In this document: piece after piece, positions 23,601 through 36,685 of the stretch | Layout: every line of letters begins with the position of its first letter | Position numbering within the stretch: the first letter of the stretch is position 1 | DNA from: Callorhinchus milii | Taxonomy: Eukaryota | DNA: 64,000 nucleotides | NCBI RefSeq assembly: GCF_018977255.1 | Contig: NW_024704771.1 | Span: 2,232,001-2,296,000, forward strand | Direction: 5' to 3' | Program-made: the position numbers and the translations under genes | The notes under the pieces: generated by a model | What the model saw: the letters and a program-made list of their open reading frames with translations, nothing else | Database searches by the model: none | What the model was told of the DNA's origin: nothing

Positions 23601-25152
23601 AGTGGTAGCACTCTTCCCTCTGAGTCAGAAGGTTGTGGGTTCAAGTCCCCATATCGGGATTTGGAATCAAATAGTCTAAGCTGAAGCTCCAGTGCATTGC
23701 TGGAGGTGTTGCATTGTCGGAGGTGCCGTTCTTTGGATAAGATGATAAACTGAGGTCCCCGAGGTCTACCAACCTGGATGATTCAAGGTTTTTTTTCCAT
23801 TTGGCTTTTAACACTGAGGAGACCTTCAAAATCCTCCCTGACCATCCAGTTACTGAGTGTTGTTAAGTTAATGAATTGTTATTTTTGTACAATGTGAATT
23901 TTATCAAATAAAAATGAGTTGTAAACATTACTGACCAATAACATTCAACTCCATCACTGCCTCTTCATACCATTCAGAGTACTCAACGAAGCACGTGTAC
24001 TCTCCGTGGTCTGACACCCGCACATCTTCCAGTCTGAGAGACACATTGCCATTGATAAACTCCTCCACAAACAGTTGTGTTCTGCCTCTGTAGGTTTCTT
24101 TCTGCTTCTGCAGTTGATGACGTCCCTCCTTGTATAAATGCACTGGGGAGTCATATCTTGTCCTGAACCACTTCACTTCCACACCCTCTAGGGGCAGGTC
24201 TGTGGAACACTTACAGTCCAGGACAACATCCGAACCAGCAATGGCTGAGACAGGGAGGGCCGGGCCACTGACTGTGAATTTCTCTGTTTAATAACAAACA
24301 ATGGATAAGTTAGGAATCAACTGACTCAGACAAACTCTGTAATGCAAGATGTCTCCCTCCCGGGTGAGAGAGCGCATTCCATTCCAACAACCTATCTGTG
24401 AAATTTCCATGTCTAGATGGGATGCACGGAAATCTCAGCTTGATTTGGATCCTCTTAAACACGGTAATGGGTTTCTGCATGTGTCAGAATCACGGCTGAG
24501 CAAAAAAAAGTCACTGTGATATCAATTAGTTCCGACATAAACAATGATAATAATCCTTGAGGGACGAGTTCAGAATACAACAAGTGAGATTAATGATGGT
24601 CTTTGTAACAAGAGGAATGTAAATTGAGGTGCTGTCAGGCCTCAACTGAAGCTATGACTTGAGGCAACCAATGTTGAGAAGCTGATCCATGAATTAATCC
24701 CTGGGATGAAATGGTTTAGCTGTGTTGAGAGGCTGTTTAGACTTAGATTATATTCCTCAGCACTGAGGATGTTTAAGGGGTGATCTGATTGAGGTGATTC
24801 CAACGGTGAGGAGCTATTGTAGAGCTATTGGAGAAAATTCCCTTCACGATTATAAGTGAACAACCGAGTTCCTAGTTATTGCAAGGTAAACAGAGAAGGG
24901 TGGAGAAAAGAAACTTGGCTAAAGTTTAGCCCCACCTGGACTTGAATCTTTGAGGCTTTGCCCAACTCCTGGAACATTAGCAGCTGTCAGTGTGTGAATC
25001 ACACTCACTCCCAGCCGCCACCTTCAGCAGCTCTCCCTTTACCCTCAGCAATTTAACACCAACAAAATCAAACAGATTCAATGTGTTTCCTTACCAGCCA
25101 GTGAGAGGGGAAGCGCAAGCCATAGGACCTGAAGAAAGTGTTTCCAGCTCAT
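17084..25152 (-). CDS. Butyrophilin-like gene A with single-Ig architecture (leader-IgV-TM-microexons-B30.2); 372 aa if the 26-nt exon is really 27 nt
   Basis: Exons 25095-25152, 23936-24283, 23429-23548, 21479-21499, 20809-20826, 18804-18829 and 17084-17610. All are AG/GT-bounded and phase 1 and open, except for one missing G in the 18.8 kb microexon. IgC is present only as a relic. Confidence 0.85.
18804..18829 (-). CDS. Pre-B30.2 microexon of gene A (26 nt; 27 nt in paralogues)
   Basis: TTCTTGTTTCCAG acceptor and GTAAGA donor. Four G on the plus strand versus five in the copies at 1270-1296 and 34802-34828. Confidence 0.8.
20809..20826 (-). CDS. 18-nt juxtamembrane microexon of gene A (N-LQKRL)
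   Basis: TTTTTTATTCAACAG acceptor and GTAAGC donor; homologous exons in A', B and C. Confidence 0.75.
20895..21262 (+). mobile_element. tRNA-derived SINE, family 1
   Basis: A and B boxes plus family body; duplicate of 3363-3730. Confidence 0.85.
21479..21499 (-). CDS. 21-nt heptad microexon of gene A (D-VQRIGE)
   Basis: TATTTAG acceptor and GTGAGT donor; conserved in A' (3947-3967) and B (36970-36990). Confidence 0.75.
21676..23243 (+). mobile_element. 5'-truncated L2-clade LINE (RT domain + 3' UTR) in the intron after the TM exon of gene A
   Basis: [15 protein letters not shown]...[17 protein letters not shown]...[13 protein letters not shown]...[13 protein letters not shown]...YADDTQLY, with stops and frameshifts and a (GTT)n tail. 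Absent at the homologous site in copy B. Confidence 0.92.
23429..23548 (-). CDS. Transmembrane exon of gene A (120 nt)
   Basis: [40 protein letters not shown]; CTTGACAG acceptor, GTACGT donor. Confidence 0.9.
23770..23869 (-). pseudogene. Relic of the IgC exon in gene A
   Basis: Matches 55945-56040 of the intact IgC exon of gene C. The acceptor and 5' part are deleted and the 3' end is replaced by a SINE (23588-23770). Confidence 0.85.
23936..24283 (-). CDS. IgV exon of gene A (348 nt)
   Basis: EKFTVSGP...LDCKCS...VEVKWFR...YRGRTQLF...[23 protein letters not shown]...ELNVI; BTN-type V domain, AG/GT-bounded. Confidence 0.95.
25095..25152 (-). CDS. Signal-peptide exon (coding part) of gene A
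   Basis: [19 protein letters not shown] followed by G|GTAAGG; acceptor at 25182-25184; upstream non-coding exon donor CAG|GTAAGT at ~26513. Confidence 0.9.
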
Positions 25153-25244
25153 CCTCTCGGACCTTCACAATGAGATCAGAACTGGTTACAACACAGCAAT
25201 TCAGATCATACACACAGAGACTTGTGTTTGTATATCTATCTATA

Positions 25245-25982
25245 TTAATCAAGACAAAATGTTTGTGTGAATTTGTCTGCGTGTCAAGCCAATAATGCTA
25301 ATAACCAATTAACATTGATTATAAGTCATCAGAAAGGTCTTTCAAGTTGGAGTGTCATGGGCATATTTGTTTTGTGGAACACCTATCACTGATGAGCTAC
25401 ATTTAAAAAATACTTTAATTCAGCCCCACAATTTGAGGTGTGCATCGTATACTGCAACACGGTTTTGACAGAGAAAACACACACCATTCCAGAGAGATAC
25501 ATCTACGCTAATGTATTCTGAAACAAAGTTGCATGAGAGAAAACCAGGGGCATTTTTTGGGTGGATCTCCTATCTTTATATCAAGGCTAATAATGTAATA
25601 TAAATTAGGATAATATAAATTATAATCATATAATATAAAAGTATAATAATATACTATAAACTGCCAGCTGTGGCTCGAGCACCTCCGCACCTACTGCCTC
25701 TCCCCTTCACAGGCCAATCTGACTTTTAATCCAAAGTCATCCTGGAGGCAAACAACAATCCAAAGACGCTGTTATCCACCATCCATATAGAAGGTGCTAT
25801 AGAAGTACAAGTTGTTGTTGTTATAAAGTACAAAAATCTAATATAAAGTACAATGATCTAATATAAAGTACAGTAAACTAATATGAAATACAATAATATA
25901 ATATAACATATAATAATACTAAAATCCTCATTCCATATTGGATCCTTTGGTTGCAAGTGCAGCTGCAATAGGTTCAGCCGGT
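25245..25982 (+). mobile_element. Non-autonomous Helitron-like element in intron 1 of gene A (orthologous copy in B at 39440-42258, interrupted by L2)
   Basis: 5' TCTATA(C/T)TAAT end; 3' TTGCA..TGCAA hairpin followed by GG(T)ACAGC(CGG/TAG); inserted between A and T; absent in gene C. Confidence 0.55.
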
Positions 25983-27479
25983 AATTAATAAACATGGAAA
26001 ACATAATTAATAATTGTGTGATCTTACAACATGTATTTACATTTACATACACAGCAGAACAAACTGCATTCTCTGTTGGAATAGTGATCTGACCTCTTTA
26101 ATTGTGACAGTGAGGCCCCCGCTGGCCCCGTACTGGGGGTCTCCATGAGGATTATTGGGGTGGAAACGTGTTATGTGTTAACTGCTGTAATGTGCTCCTG
26201 CCCTCCCCCTCCTCACAGCCGCTCCTTATTCACCCCAACATGGTGCAGGTCAGAGAGGAGCTCCCATTCCCTCCCTCCTCACTTGCCTCCAATTCTCAGC
26301 ATTTAAACAACAAACTGGGAATAAACTGACTGCAGAGCTCCCGCTTTACTATTGACACAAACCTGACAATAGAGAACCTCTTTTTCATATTTAAACTCCA
26401 CATCACCAGAGGTGACGGCAAAACTAATAAATCTATGACTGGAATACAGAATAAAATATTTTTTTTCAATCACAGTCTAATGTCATTTCAGGCAACAATT
26501 TCTGACACTTACCTGTTGGTGATTTGCCTCAAAGAGAGGAATCTTCACAGGTAAAACTGTATTGATGTGTGACCGGAATTGCATTTGTCTGACTGTCAAA
26601 TTGTCTTGTGGGAGTTACATCGCAAAGAATGTACAGCACCTAAATAGGCAACTCGGTCAAACCAGTCTGTGCGGTGATTATATTCCACAGGCGTCTTCAC
26701 CCATTCCTTACTCCCTGAACATTTTGTTTGTGAAATATCCAGTCAATCCACTTTACAATGTGTTCTATGAAGCAATTTGAGGCATCTCAACAACATGATA
26801 AGGCGCTACATCAAATGCAAGGATGAACTGTTTCAACTACTTCTTCAGGCAGAGAGTTCCACAATCTCACTACGCTCTGCGTCAATTATTATATAACACA
26901 CTACTATATATCACACATATATACACTATACACACATATCCTCCCAATGTGAAAGGCGCCATACAAATGTAAACTTGTTGTTATGACACTGAATAAGGAG
27001 AAGGGTAAAACATTCCATAAAACATAGATTATGGAAAAGTCCTGCAATTTTCCTGTTTGTGATGACAATAGCTCATCGCTTGTTGTCAGTAACACAAGAT
27101 TCCTGATCCAAAACCCCTGGTTACACCTTCACATTTCCCTGGAATAATCTTCAATCCCACAGGAAAGGTCCCCACATGACTGATTTCCCAATTCATAAAA
27201 CAGATCATTTACTGAGTACAGCATTCTCAGAGGCTTCATACATCTGGTTATCCAATGGGTGTGATAGAGTGTGCGAATGAGTGTGAGAGAATACGTCAGT
27301 GTGTGTCTCAGTGTGTGTGTGATACACTGTGTTTTAACAACAATAACAAATTACATTTGCACAGTGCCTTTCACATTGGGAGGATGACCCAAGGTGCTGG
27401 ACAGTCAGGGCTTTCGTCACAAACTGGAGGTCTGTATCAGGATTGGTGGAGGGCATGGAGGGTGGGGTTGGGAGGGTGA

Positions 27480-27790
27480 CTGAAGGTGCGGTCAACGACG
27501 AGGGTACTGAGATATGCCTTGAAGGGAGATAAGGGAGAGAGTGAGGTGACCGAACTCTGGAATGGAGTTCAAAAGTGTTGGGGTGGAGAGGCTGAAGCCT
27601 CGACCGCCAATGGTGGTGTAGGCCGGCCGGGGGACATGCAGCAGGCCAGAGGCTGCTGAGCGGGGAGCGTGGACAGGTTGGTAATGGGTCAGCAGGTCAC
27701 AGAGGTAGGAAGGGGCAAGGCCGTGGAGGGCCTTGATGGAGAGGATGAGGATTTTTAACGTTGTCCTCTGGGGGATGGGAAGCAGTGGAA
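27480..27790 (-). mobile_element. L2 LINE 3' fragment
   Basis: [23 protein letters not shown]...TTIGGRGFS. Confidence 0.8.
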
Positions 27791-29161
27791 TCAAGTGAGG
27801 GTGGGGCTGATAGGATTACGGAGCCTGTTGTGTTTCTGGATGATCTGCATCTTATGGAGGCGTGGTCGAGTCGAGATATAATAAATTCAATGGGTGACAG
27901 TGTGTCTCAGTCTGCTTTTGTCTGAGTATGAATAGTGGAGACTTGCTGACGGGCTGTGACACAGACTGAATAGACTGAGTGTCAGGATTAATGATCAGTC
28001 TCTGCAAACACAGCATCAACATGGGGCAAATTCACCATATTCCCAAAAGGTGGAGACACAAATTGCCATTCCCGTGTCTGAGTGTAATTCACACTGTCTG
28101 TGAATGTTTCTGTCTCCAGTTGTTTGGGGAAAGCCTCAGTCGGCCATCTCAGGGGCTGGGCATCGAGTTACACTTGATTGAAGGAATGTACAGATTTACA
28201 AAGAATATACAGCACAGAAACCGCCAAACCAGTCTGTGGCGGTGTTTATACTCCACATCAGTCTCCACCCATTCCTTACGCCCACCCATTCCATTCAATT
28301 CTCCTCTCCCTCATGCGAAGGTCTCCTGACTATACTTAAAGGGAGTGTCCCAAACACGTGTGCTCATCCCGTGTGTTGTTAACCAGCCTGAAATCCCCAT
28401 AAAGAGGAGGGTTTGGGGATAGGTTTAGAGGATCCAACTTCCTCTTAAAAACAACAGTCCTATAGCTGTGTGGTTAGAGCACTCGCCTCACAAGAGAGAG
28501 ATTCCTGGGTGGGGTGAAACCTTAGGCAAGTTTCCTTATTCCACACACCTCTGTTTACCAAGCAGCAATAATAATAATAATCCTTGCATTTGATATAGCG
28601 CTTTTCACGTCTTCTAGACATCCCAAAGCTCTTCACAGAATATACTGTAAAGTGAATTGACTGTATATTTGTGGGCGAATGCAGCCAATTGCGCACAGCA
28701 ATGTCCCACAAACATTTGTAGATTGTGAATGACCAATTTATTATTGTTTTTGTTTTTGGAGAGATTATTGTTCGTGTGTGGAGTAAGGAATCTTGCCCAA
28801 GGTTTCGCCCTTCCTGGAACCTGGTAAGTAGGAACCTGGTTGATAGTTGATTGGTGAATCGCTTTCCGGGGGTAAAAGTCTCTCCCACAAGTTAATTTGG
28901 TCACTCAATCCACCATTGTTTGTGGGACACTGCTGTGCACACTTGGCTGCAGCATTTTGCCCAACGAACACACAGTCACTACACGTTACAGTATGTTCTC
29001 TAAAGCGTTTTGAGAAGTCTCAGCAAACCCCAAAAATGGAGCAGCCGGTGAGGCTGTAGAGAAGCAACAACCGGATCAGAAACTAACACTGGAGCAGAGA
29101 GCAACGAGGGTCAGAGGAGGAGGTGGGCATTCAGTGTCTCAGTGCCGTGTTACTCTGTACA

Positions 29162-29468
29162 GTAATAATAATAATAATAATCCTTGCATTTGATATAGCG
29201 CTTTTCACGTCGGGAGGACGTCCCAAAGCGCTTCACAGAACACACTGTAAAGTGAATTGACTGTATATTTGTGGGCGAACGCGGCAGCCAATTGCGCACA
29301 GCAATGTCCCACAAACAGTCGTGGATTGAAAATGACCAATTTATTATTGTTTTTGGTTTTGGAGGGATTATTATTAGGCTCTGTGTGGAGTAAGGAATCT
29401 TGCCCAAGGTTTCGCCCTCTGCCTGGAATTGAACTCAGGTCTCCCGCTTGCAAAGCGAGTGCTCTATC
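29162..29468 (-). mobile_element. tRNA-derived SINE, family 1 (young copy)
   Basis: Nearly identical to 49475-49795. Confidence 0.85.
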
Positions 29469-32400
29469 ACAGTAAGGGGCAGAGTGAGTTAAGACAGCTC
29501 AGGGTGTGTGTCAGGGGTTGAGGTTTAATCCAGACGAGCTGTTGCGGTGCTGGTGCTGATTGTGCTGTCTGGCAGCTACAGTGGCTCATTACACTGAACC
29601 CCCGGCTCGAGGCCGGACCAATGGGGGAGATCCCGTCTGGAGAGCCGGAATTTCCAGCTGAGTGTCATTACAATGTCTGTCCCGGCATTTACTGCTTTAT
29701 TGCAAAACGCCAATAAATTGTAATTGTTTGAATCCCAGGAACAGAAGATAGTGTATAAGTGATTCAAACAATCTGAGTGACAGTGGGTATCCGCGGCCCC
29801 TGTGAAGGCCAGTGGGGATGGTGAGGCGGCTGAGTGTGACAATCTGACTCAATCTGACTCAGTCAGGTGGATGCACAGCTTTGTCACATCGAGGTAGAAT
29901 TCCTCAGAGACATTCCTTGTTAATGACAGCCCGTAAACTTTTGCATCAATAAATGTACATCATACATTTCCTTACTCCACAAGCCTAATAATAATCCCTC
30001 CAAAAAAAACAATAGTAAACTGGTCATTTTCAAGCCATGACTGTTTGTGGGACGCTGCTGTGCGCAATTGGCTGCCGTGTTCGCCCACAAATATACAGTC
30101 AATTCACTCTACAGCATATTGTGTGAAGCGCTTTGGGACGTCTAGAAGACGTGAAAAGCGCTATAACAAATGCAAGGATTATTATTATTATTATTTTATT
30201 TATTTATTTTTTGAATAATATTATTGTATAATAATGGGAGCAAGTGGAGCCTGGCAAGGACTAGTGTGATGGGGATACTGGGTTTCATGCGGGTGAGTAT
30301 CCAGATGGCAGAATTTTGAAGCAATTGTATTTCTGTATGGGGAGCTGGGGAGACCTGCCAGGAGGGCATTAGCGTAGTCCAGCCTGGAAGTGACTAAGGT
30401 GTGGATCAGGGTTTCCTATGTGTCGTTTGTGAGATACAGACAGAAGTAGGCAATGTGGCGGAGGTGGAAAAAAGTAGTACTGGTCAGGGAACAAATAGCT
30501 GTGTGGCAGAAAGGAAAGCTGGGGATCAAACCTGACACCAAAGTTGGGCATCTGTATCCTCTGGTTACCGACCCACCCGCCAGAAGAAACAGTTTCTCCC
30601 TATCTACTCCATCAAAATCCCTCATAATTTGGAACATCTCTATTAAATCAATCCACGTCATTTTAAACCACAGTAACTTTCAGCAAATGATTCTATTCCT
30701 CAAATTACACGACAACATCCATCAGGAGAAGCAAGGAAAAGGTGAATCTATTGCTCTGTCTGTAATAGTGTTACTGCAGCAGCAATTTGGCTGCCACATT
30801 TCGCCCACAAATATACAGTCAATTCACTTTACACTATATTCTGTGAAGCGCTTTGAGATGTCTAGAAGATGTGAAAAGCTGCATACCAAATACAAGGATT
30901 ATTATTATTATTATATAAATCTCCCCTTAACCTTCTCTGCTCTAAGTAAATCAATGACACCTTCTCTCGGCTCTCCGCATAACTTAAGTCTCTCATCCCT
31001 GATATCATTCTGGTAAATCTCCTCTGAACCCTCTCCAAGGACTCGACATCCTTAAATAAACATATCCGAACTATAGTGGGAACCTTCTCCATATGTTTGG
31101 AGGCTGTTCCTGCCCGAGACAATTTGACTTTGTCAGGATTATTATTGTTGGTTTACTCTGAACATTGGGGTCATGTTTCCCAGTACAACACCATTATCTG
31201 CCGGCAGTAACGCGGTACTGCAGGTTTATATATTTAACGCTATCTGTGGCCTCACTGTCATGTTAATCTACAGTAACTTTCAGAAAATGATTCTATTCCT
31301 CAAATTACACCACAACATCCATCAGGAGAAACAAAGAAAAGGTGAATCTATTGCTCTGTCTGTAATAAAGTGTTACTGCAGCAATTTAAAATATTTCATT
31401 TTTCAGTCAATTCACTTTACATTATATTCCTTGAAGCGCTTTGAGACGTCTCAAAGATGTGATGAAGTGATATATCAAATGCGAGGATTATTATCTGTAA
31501 ATAAACATGAAATATCTGTCTGCCAAAATGCAATAACTGATTGACATGATTTATACTTCATTTTAAAGATCTTGCAATGTGGAGCGCGTTGGGATGTCCT
31601 CCTACGTGAAAGGTGCTACACAAATGTAATCTTGTTGTTGCCATGGACATATTTTTTGGGGAATCTCCTATCATTGATGAGCTTAAGCAGCAAAATATGA
31701 GGTGTAAATGGTATTCTGCAACAAAACCACACACCATTCTATATTCTGCGACAAAGTAGCAACAGGAGTCCTCCCAACAAGTTGTCCTCCCAACCATGAG
31801 TCCTCGCATAGGAGTCCTCCCAACAAGGTCTCCTCCCACTGAGTCTTCTCACTCATTCTTCCCAACAGGAGTCCTCACAATAATATATTTTCTTAACCTT
31901 AAAGATGCTTAAGCGAAGAACAAGCCTTTCAAGAACAAATACAAATTCTATGAGAAGAGAGAACGTGAATTAAATGAAACTGAAGAACAAAGAACCACAC
32001 AGTTGGATTTCGAAGGAGAAAGCCATGATCTCAAAACCTGTACATCATGGTCGAAGAAGGAAATACTGCAAATATCATCTATGTGGAAGCCTTGCAATAT
32101 CTCGAGGATCTACTGGATCACACAGTAAACCGCTTTGGTTAGCGTAACTTAGATAGGATCTTCTATCATTCATCAGCTATGACCCATTGCACATGTATGG
32201 CGGTTTTGCTTAAGGTGTACACACAGTGGTCAAGGCATGTTAAATGATTTGCGAGTGCTATCATTGAAATCTACATTCCGTATTGGATCGCTTGATTGCA
32301 AGCAAAGCTGCAATGGGCACACTATTATAAATTAGAGTTTAACATTTTTCAGGAATTTAAAATATTTTATTTTTCATATACACCTGTCCCCTCTCAAAGT

Positions 32401-33724
32401 TGAGGAACACTCCGATCTTCCTGGGTCTCTCTCTCTCTCTCTGTCTCTCAGGGTCAGGCAGTTATGATGGGAGGTCAGAGCAAAATAGACCACATCCATC
32501 AGATGCACACACCAGACTCCACCCTCTGTGACGGATTCCTTTCTGTTGACAGACTCTCTGGCTACTCCCACAATCCAGTCAGTCTTGTTGCCCACCTGCA
32601 CCTCCCAGTAATGTCCCCCCGACATGTAGCCCTCAGATCCCAGCACAAATGGCCAGTTAATGAACCTCTTCGGGGTGTCTGGGAGCGGAGGATGGGCTGA
32701 CAGGATGTAACAAACATTTTACAGTCAGGATGAGCTGAGGATGGGCTGTGTCAGGATCCAGAGTGACTGTAACTAGAGTGAGAATCAGAACATTACTCAG
32801 AACAGTGAACCACACTTAACAGCTATAAAATAATCTTCAGCATCACACATCACACTCTGTGTAAAACATCAACATCTTGTGGGAACACAATCCAGAAACC
32901 CGTGTGTGTGTGCGCCAGGGGTGGGGGGATGATGTGAGGGTGTGTTTTGTTTGGGGGGGTGTGAGGGTGTGTGTGGTGGTAGGAGGGGGGGGGAGTATGT
33001 GAGGTAGAAATGTTGACATTTACATTTTGAAACATGAAAACTCTCCTGGCAGCACAAACCTGTAAATGATTCTTTTTCATGATTTTAGGATCTTGTATAA
33101 ACATGGATTAGATATCCCTAGTTTCTGGATTGTGATAAACATGAATTATTTCTCCCAGTTTTCCCATCTCTCCGGAGGAAATGATATTCCTGCACTTTTT
33201 AGTTGTTGCTCTGAACAATTCGTCAATTCACAAAGGCTGTGTCTGCCTGTTTTCCTCTTGCCTTCTGATGGACTTCTCTGATATTTTCACTGATCTGGTT
33301 TCAATCAATTGTTTTATTTGAAAAATTATAATATATTTAACTCAGCTAGAGTTTTCTAATAATAATCTGTGTGTTTGATACAGTGCCATATCACGTCATT
33401 GAGATATCTCAAACCATGATATGCTGTAAAGTGAATTGACTGTATAATTTGTAGGAGAAGCACGGCATCCAGTTTATATGCGGCAGTGTCACAACAGCCC
33501 TGGAGTCAAAAAAAAACATTTATTTGGGAGAGTGGTGACCAGGAGAAACTCTCTTTCCTTTTCAAATTCTGCCACGGGATCTTTAATGGCCATCTAAACA
33601 GGAAGACGGGACCTCGATTTAACATCTCATCTGAAGCATGACAACTCTGACAATACAACACCGCCCCAGCTCTGAATTGGAGCATCAGCTTAGACTATGT
33701 GATTCCAAGGATCCAATGTGAGGT

Positions 33725-34480
33725 ATTCATAGAATCGTACAGCACATATAGAGACCATTCGGCCCATCGAGTCTCTGCCGGCTCTTTGAAAAGAGCAATG
33801 TAACGTCAATCCCACTGCCCAGCCCTTTCCGCATAACTGTGCACAACCATCCTCCTCAAATACCCGTCCAACGCATTTTTGAAAGTACCGCCCTTTCAGG
33901 CAATGTGTTCCAGATTCGCACAATTCTCTGCGTGAAAAAATTTCTTCTCACCTCCCCTCGGCTTCTTTTGGAGACTATTTTGAATCTGTGACCTCGAGTC
34001 ACCGACACACAGTGGAAACAGTTGTTCCCTTTCTAACCTATCAAATTCCCTCATGATTTTGAAGACCTCTATTAGGTCTCCTCGTAACCTTCTCTGATCC
34101 AATGAGAATATTCTCAGCCTTTCCTTATAATCACGGTCCCTCATTCCTGGTACCATTCTTGCAAATCTCCTCTGCACCCTTTCCAATGACTTAACAGCCT
34201 TCCTATAGTGTGGTGCCCAGAACTGAGAACTGAGGCTTGTAGACTCTTGTAGTCTATGCTCCTATTTATAAAGCCTAGTATCCCATATGCCCTTTTTACA
34301 GCTTTATGTACCTGTCCTGCTATCTTCAAGGATTATTTACCTGAACCCCCAGGTTTCTCTGTTCTTTTACCCCCTTTAAGATTCACCTAACCTATATTGC
34401 CTCCCCTCATTCTTTCTTCCAAAATGCATTACCTCGCATTTCTCCACATTCAAAATCATCTGCCATGTGCCTGCCCATTT
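33725..34480 (-). mobile_element. CR1 LINE 3' fragment
   Basis: ERVQRRFARMVPGMRDRDYKERL...[15 protein letters not shown]; KRAYGILGFINRSIDYKS. Confidence 0.85.
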
Positions 34481-36082
34481 TATCATTCTGTATATATCTT
34501 CTTGCAGTTGGCCACTATCCTTCTCACTGTTTACCACCCTACCTAACTTTGTTTTGAACCCAAATCCTACTGACTCAGAGGCGAGAAAGCTCCCACTGAG
34601 TCAGGCTGACACATCTTTTATCCCTCCAGTATTACTGTGTTCATTCTACATGTCACTGACCAATCCATATCTTCTGAACCACTTTGTAACAGAGTGTAAA
34701 TGATTGCAGGAGTTCCTTTCAGAGTGGACAGTCCCAGTGTTTGACAATGAACGTGGCAGATTTATGGGAATATTGTATTCCCAGGTTACTGAGACTCTTA
34801 CCTGCGTAGGGGGCGAACTTTCTCTGCTCTGGAAACAAGAAGAAAGGAGAATTGATCAGTTTGACAGCTGCCGCACACGCAGATGAGGAGCATGTTCGTG
34901 TTTGAAGTCAATGTACAATGAGAAAGTCCATGGAAAGCCACTGCCCCTCACACTGAGAGCTGCCGCTGTGTTCAGCCAATTCACACCAGCCACAGATTAT
35001 AATGTCTGAGATGCTAATGATGTAATTAGAATTTTCTCTACAAATTAATTATATTAATAATAATGATCCTTACATTTGATATAGAGCTTTACCATGTCGT
35101 TGAGATGTCTTAAGGCGCTTCACAGAATATACTGCAATATATAAGTGAATTGACAGTATATTTTGTGGGTAAAACAAAGCAGCCAATTGCACACCGCAGT
35201 GTCCACACACAGTCATGGATCGAGTGACACAAATGATTATTTTTCGTTTAAAAAAATTATTACCCCCAGAAAAGCAATAATCAATTGACTAACAACCATG
35301 TTCTTATTTACTGCTGGGGAAACAGAGTCATGTGGAATAAGGAAACTGGCCTACGGTAATGCCAATTTGGATTCAATCCCATGTTCACTAGCTTACGAGA
35401 CAAGGGCTCACGCTACAGGACTCCACATTTCAAAAGGTAAGCAGAATCAACAAGGCCATAATAATGTACTGTGATAAAGGACTTGTGAGGACCAAAAAGT
35501 GAAGGTGTTTCTACAATTTGACCAGGACTTTCTGGAACGTTCTCCAAAAAGAAAGGAGACGGCCCTAGCACTAACTCTAGGCAATGACATTTGGAAAGAA
35601 AATTGTGTAAGAGAATGGGAATGTGCACCATACAATAACTGTAACATAACTAGAATTGATACAGAATCATTATATCTTACAGCACAGAAGGAGGGCATTC
35701 GGCCCATCGTGCCTGTGATATCTCTTTGAAAGAGGTACCAATTTGTCCCATTCCCCTACTCTTACCCCATAGCCCTGCACATTTTTGCTTTCCAAGTAAT
35801 TATTCAATTCTCTTTTTGCTTCATATACTACCTTCATCCCAGTCCATTACTAGTGTCTCAGGATAAATATTGGGGTTAATTAACATTTATCTGTCGCATG
35901 TGTGTGACACATTTTATGCAAGTATTTGGAGTTGAGGTGATCTGATGTCAATGAGCTTTCATCACAACAGAGATTGTTGTATAATTTTGCTTACTCAGTC
36001 TTCTCTGAAGGTCTGTTGAATAAAAAAATAAAAATTGTTAGTACAGAAAAATGATTACTACAGTGACAAATTGATTATGAAT

Positions 36083-36685
36083 GGTCCTGTAGCTCAATAG
36101 TTAGTGCACTTGCCTCGCAAGCAAGAGACCTGGGTTCGATTCCTGGTAAGTTGAAATATTGGGCAAGTTTGCTTATCCAGCAGCAAGTGGGAACCCGGTT
36201 GTTTGTCGGTTGGCGTATCACTTTTCCGGGGGTAATAATTCCTTCCAAAAACAATTTGGTCACTCAATCCATGATTGTTTGTGGGCCATTGCTGAGTGCA
36301 ATTAGCTACTCTGTGTTGCCCACAAAATATACAGTCAATTAACTTTGCAGTTAATTCTGTAAGGCACTTAGAGATATGATATGATAATAATCCTTGTATT
36401 TGATATAGGACTTTTCTCGTCTTCGAGACATCTCAAAGTGCTTCATAGGATAGACTGTAAAGTGAATTGACTGTATATTTGTGGATGAAATGTGGCAGCC
36501 AATTGCGCACAGCAGTATCCCACAAACAGTCGTGGATTGAAACAACCAATTTATTATTTTTTTTGAGGGATTATTATCAGGCGTGTGGAGTAAGGAAACT
36601 TGCCCAAGGTTTAACCCTGCCAGGAATCGAACCCAGGTCTCTCGTTTGCAAAACGAGTGCTCTAACCACTGAGCTACAGGACTCC
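36083..36685. mobile_element. Two family-1 SINEs tail-to-tail (+ 36083-36350, - 36375-36685)
   Basis: tRNA-like heads at both outer ends. Confidence 0.75.

Noticed and set aside
35499-35729. ORF MKVFLQFDQDFLERSPKRKETALALTLGND, and its homologues at 2740-2870 and 20270-20400
   Set aside because: Resembles a decayed CR1 endonuclease fragment, not a host exon.
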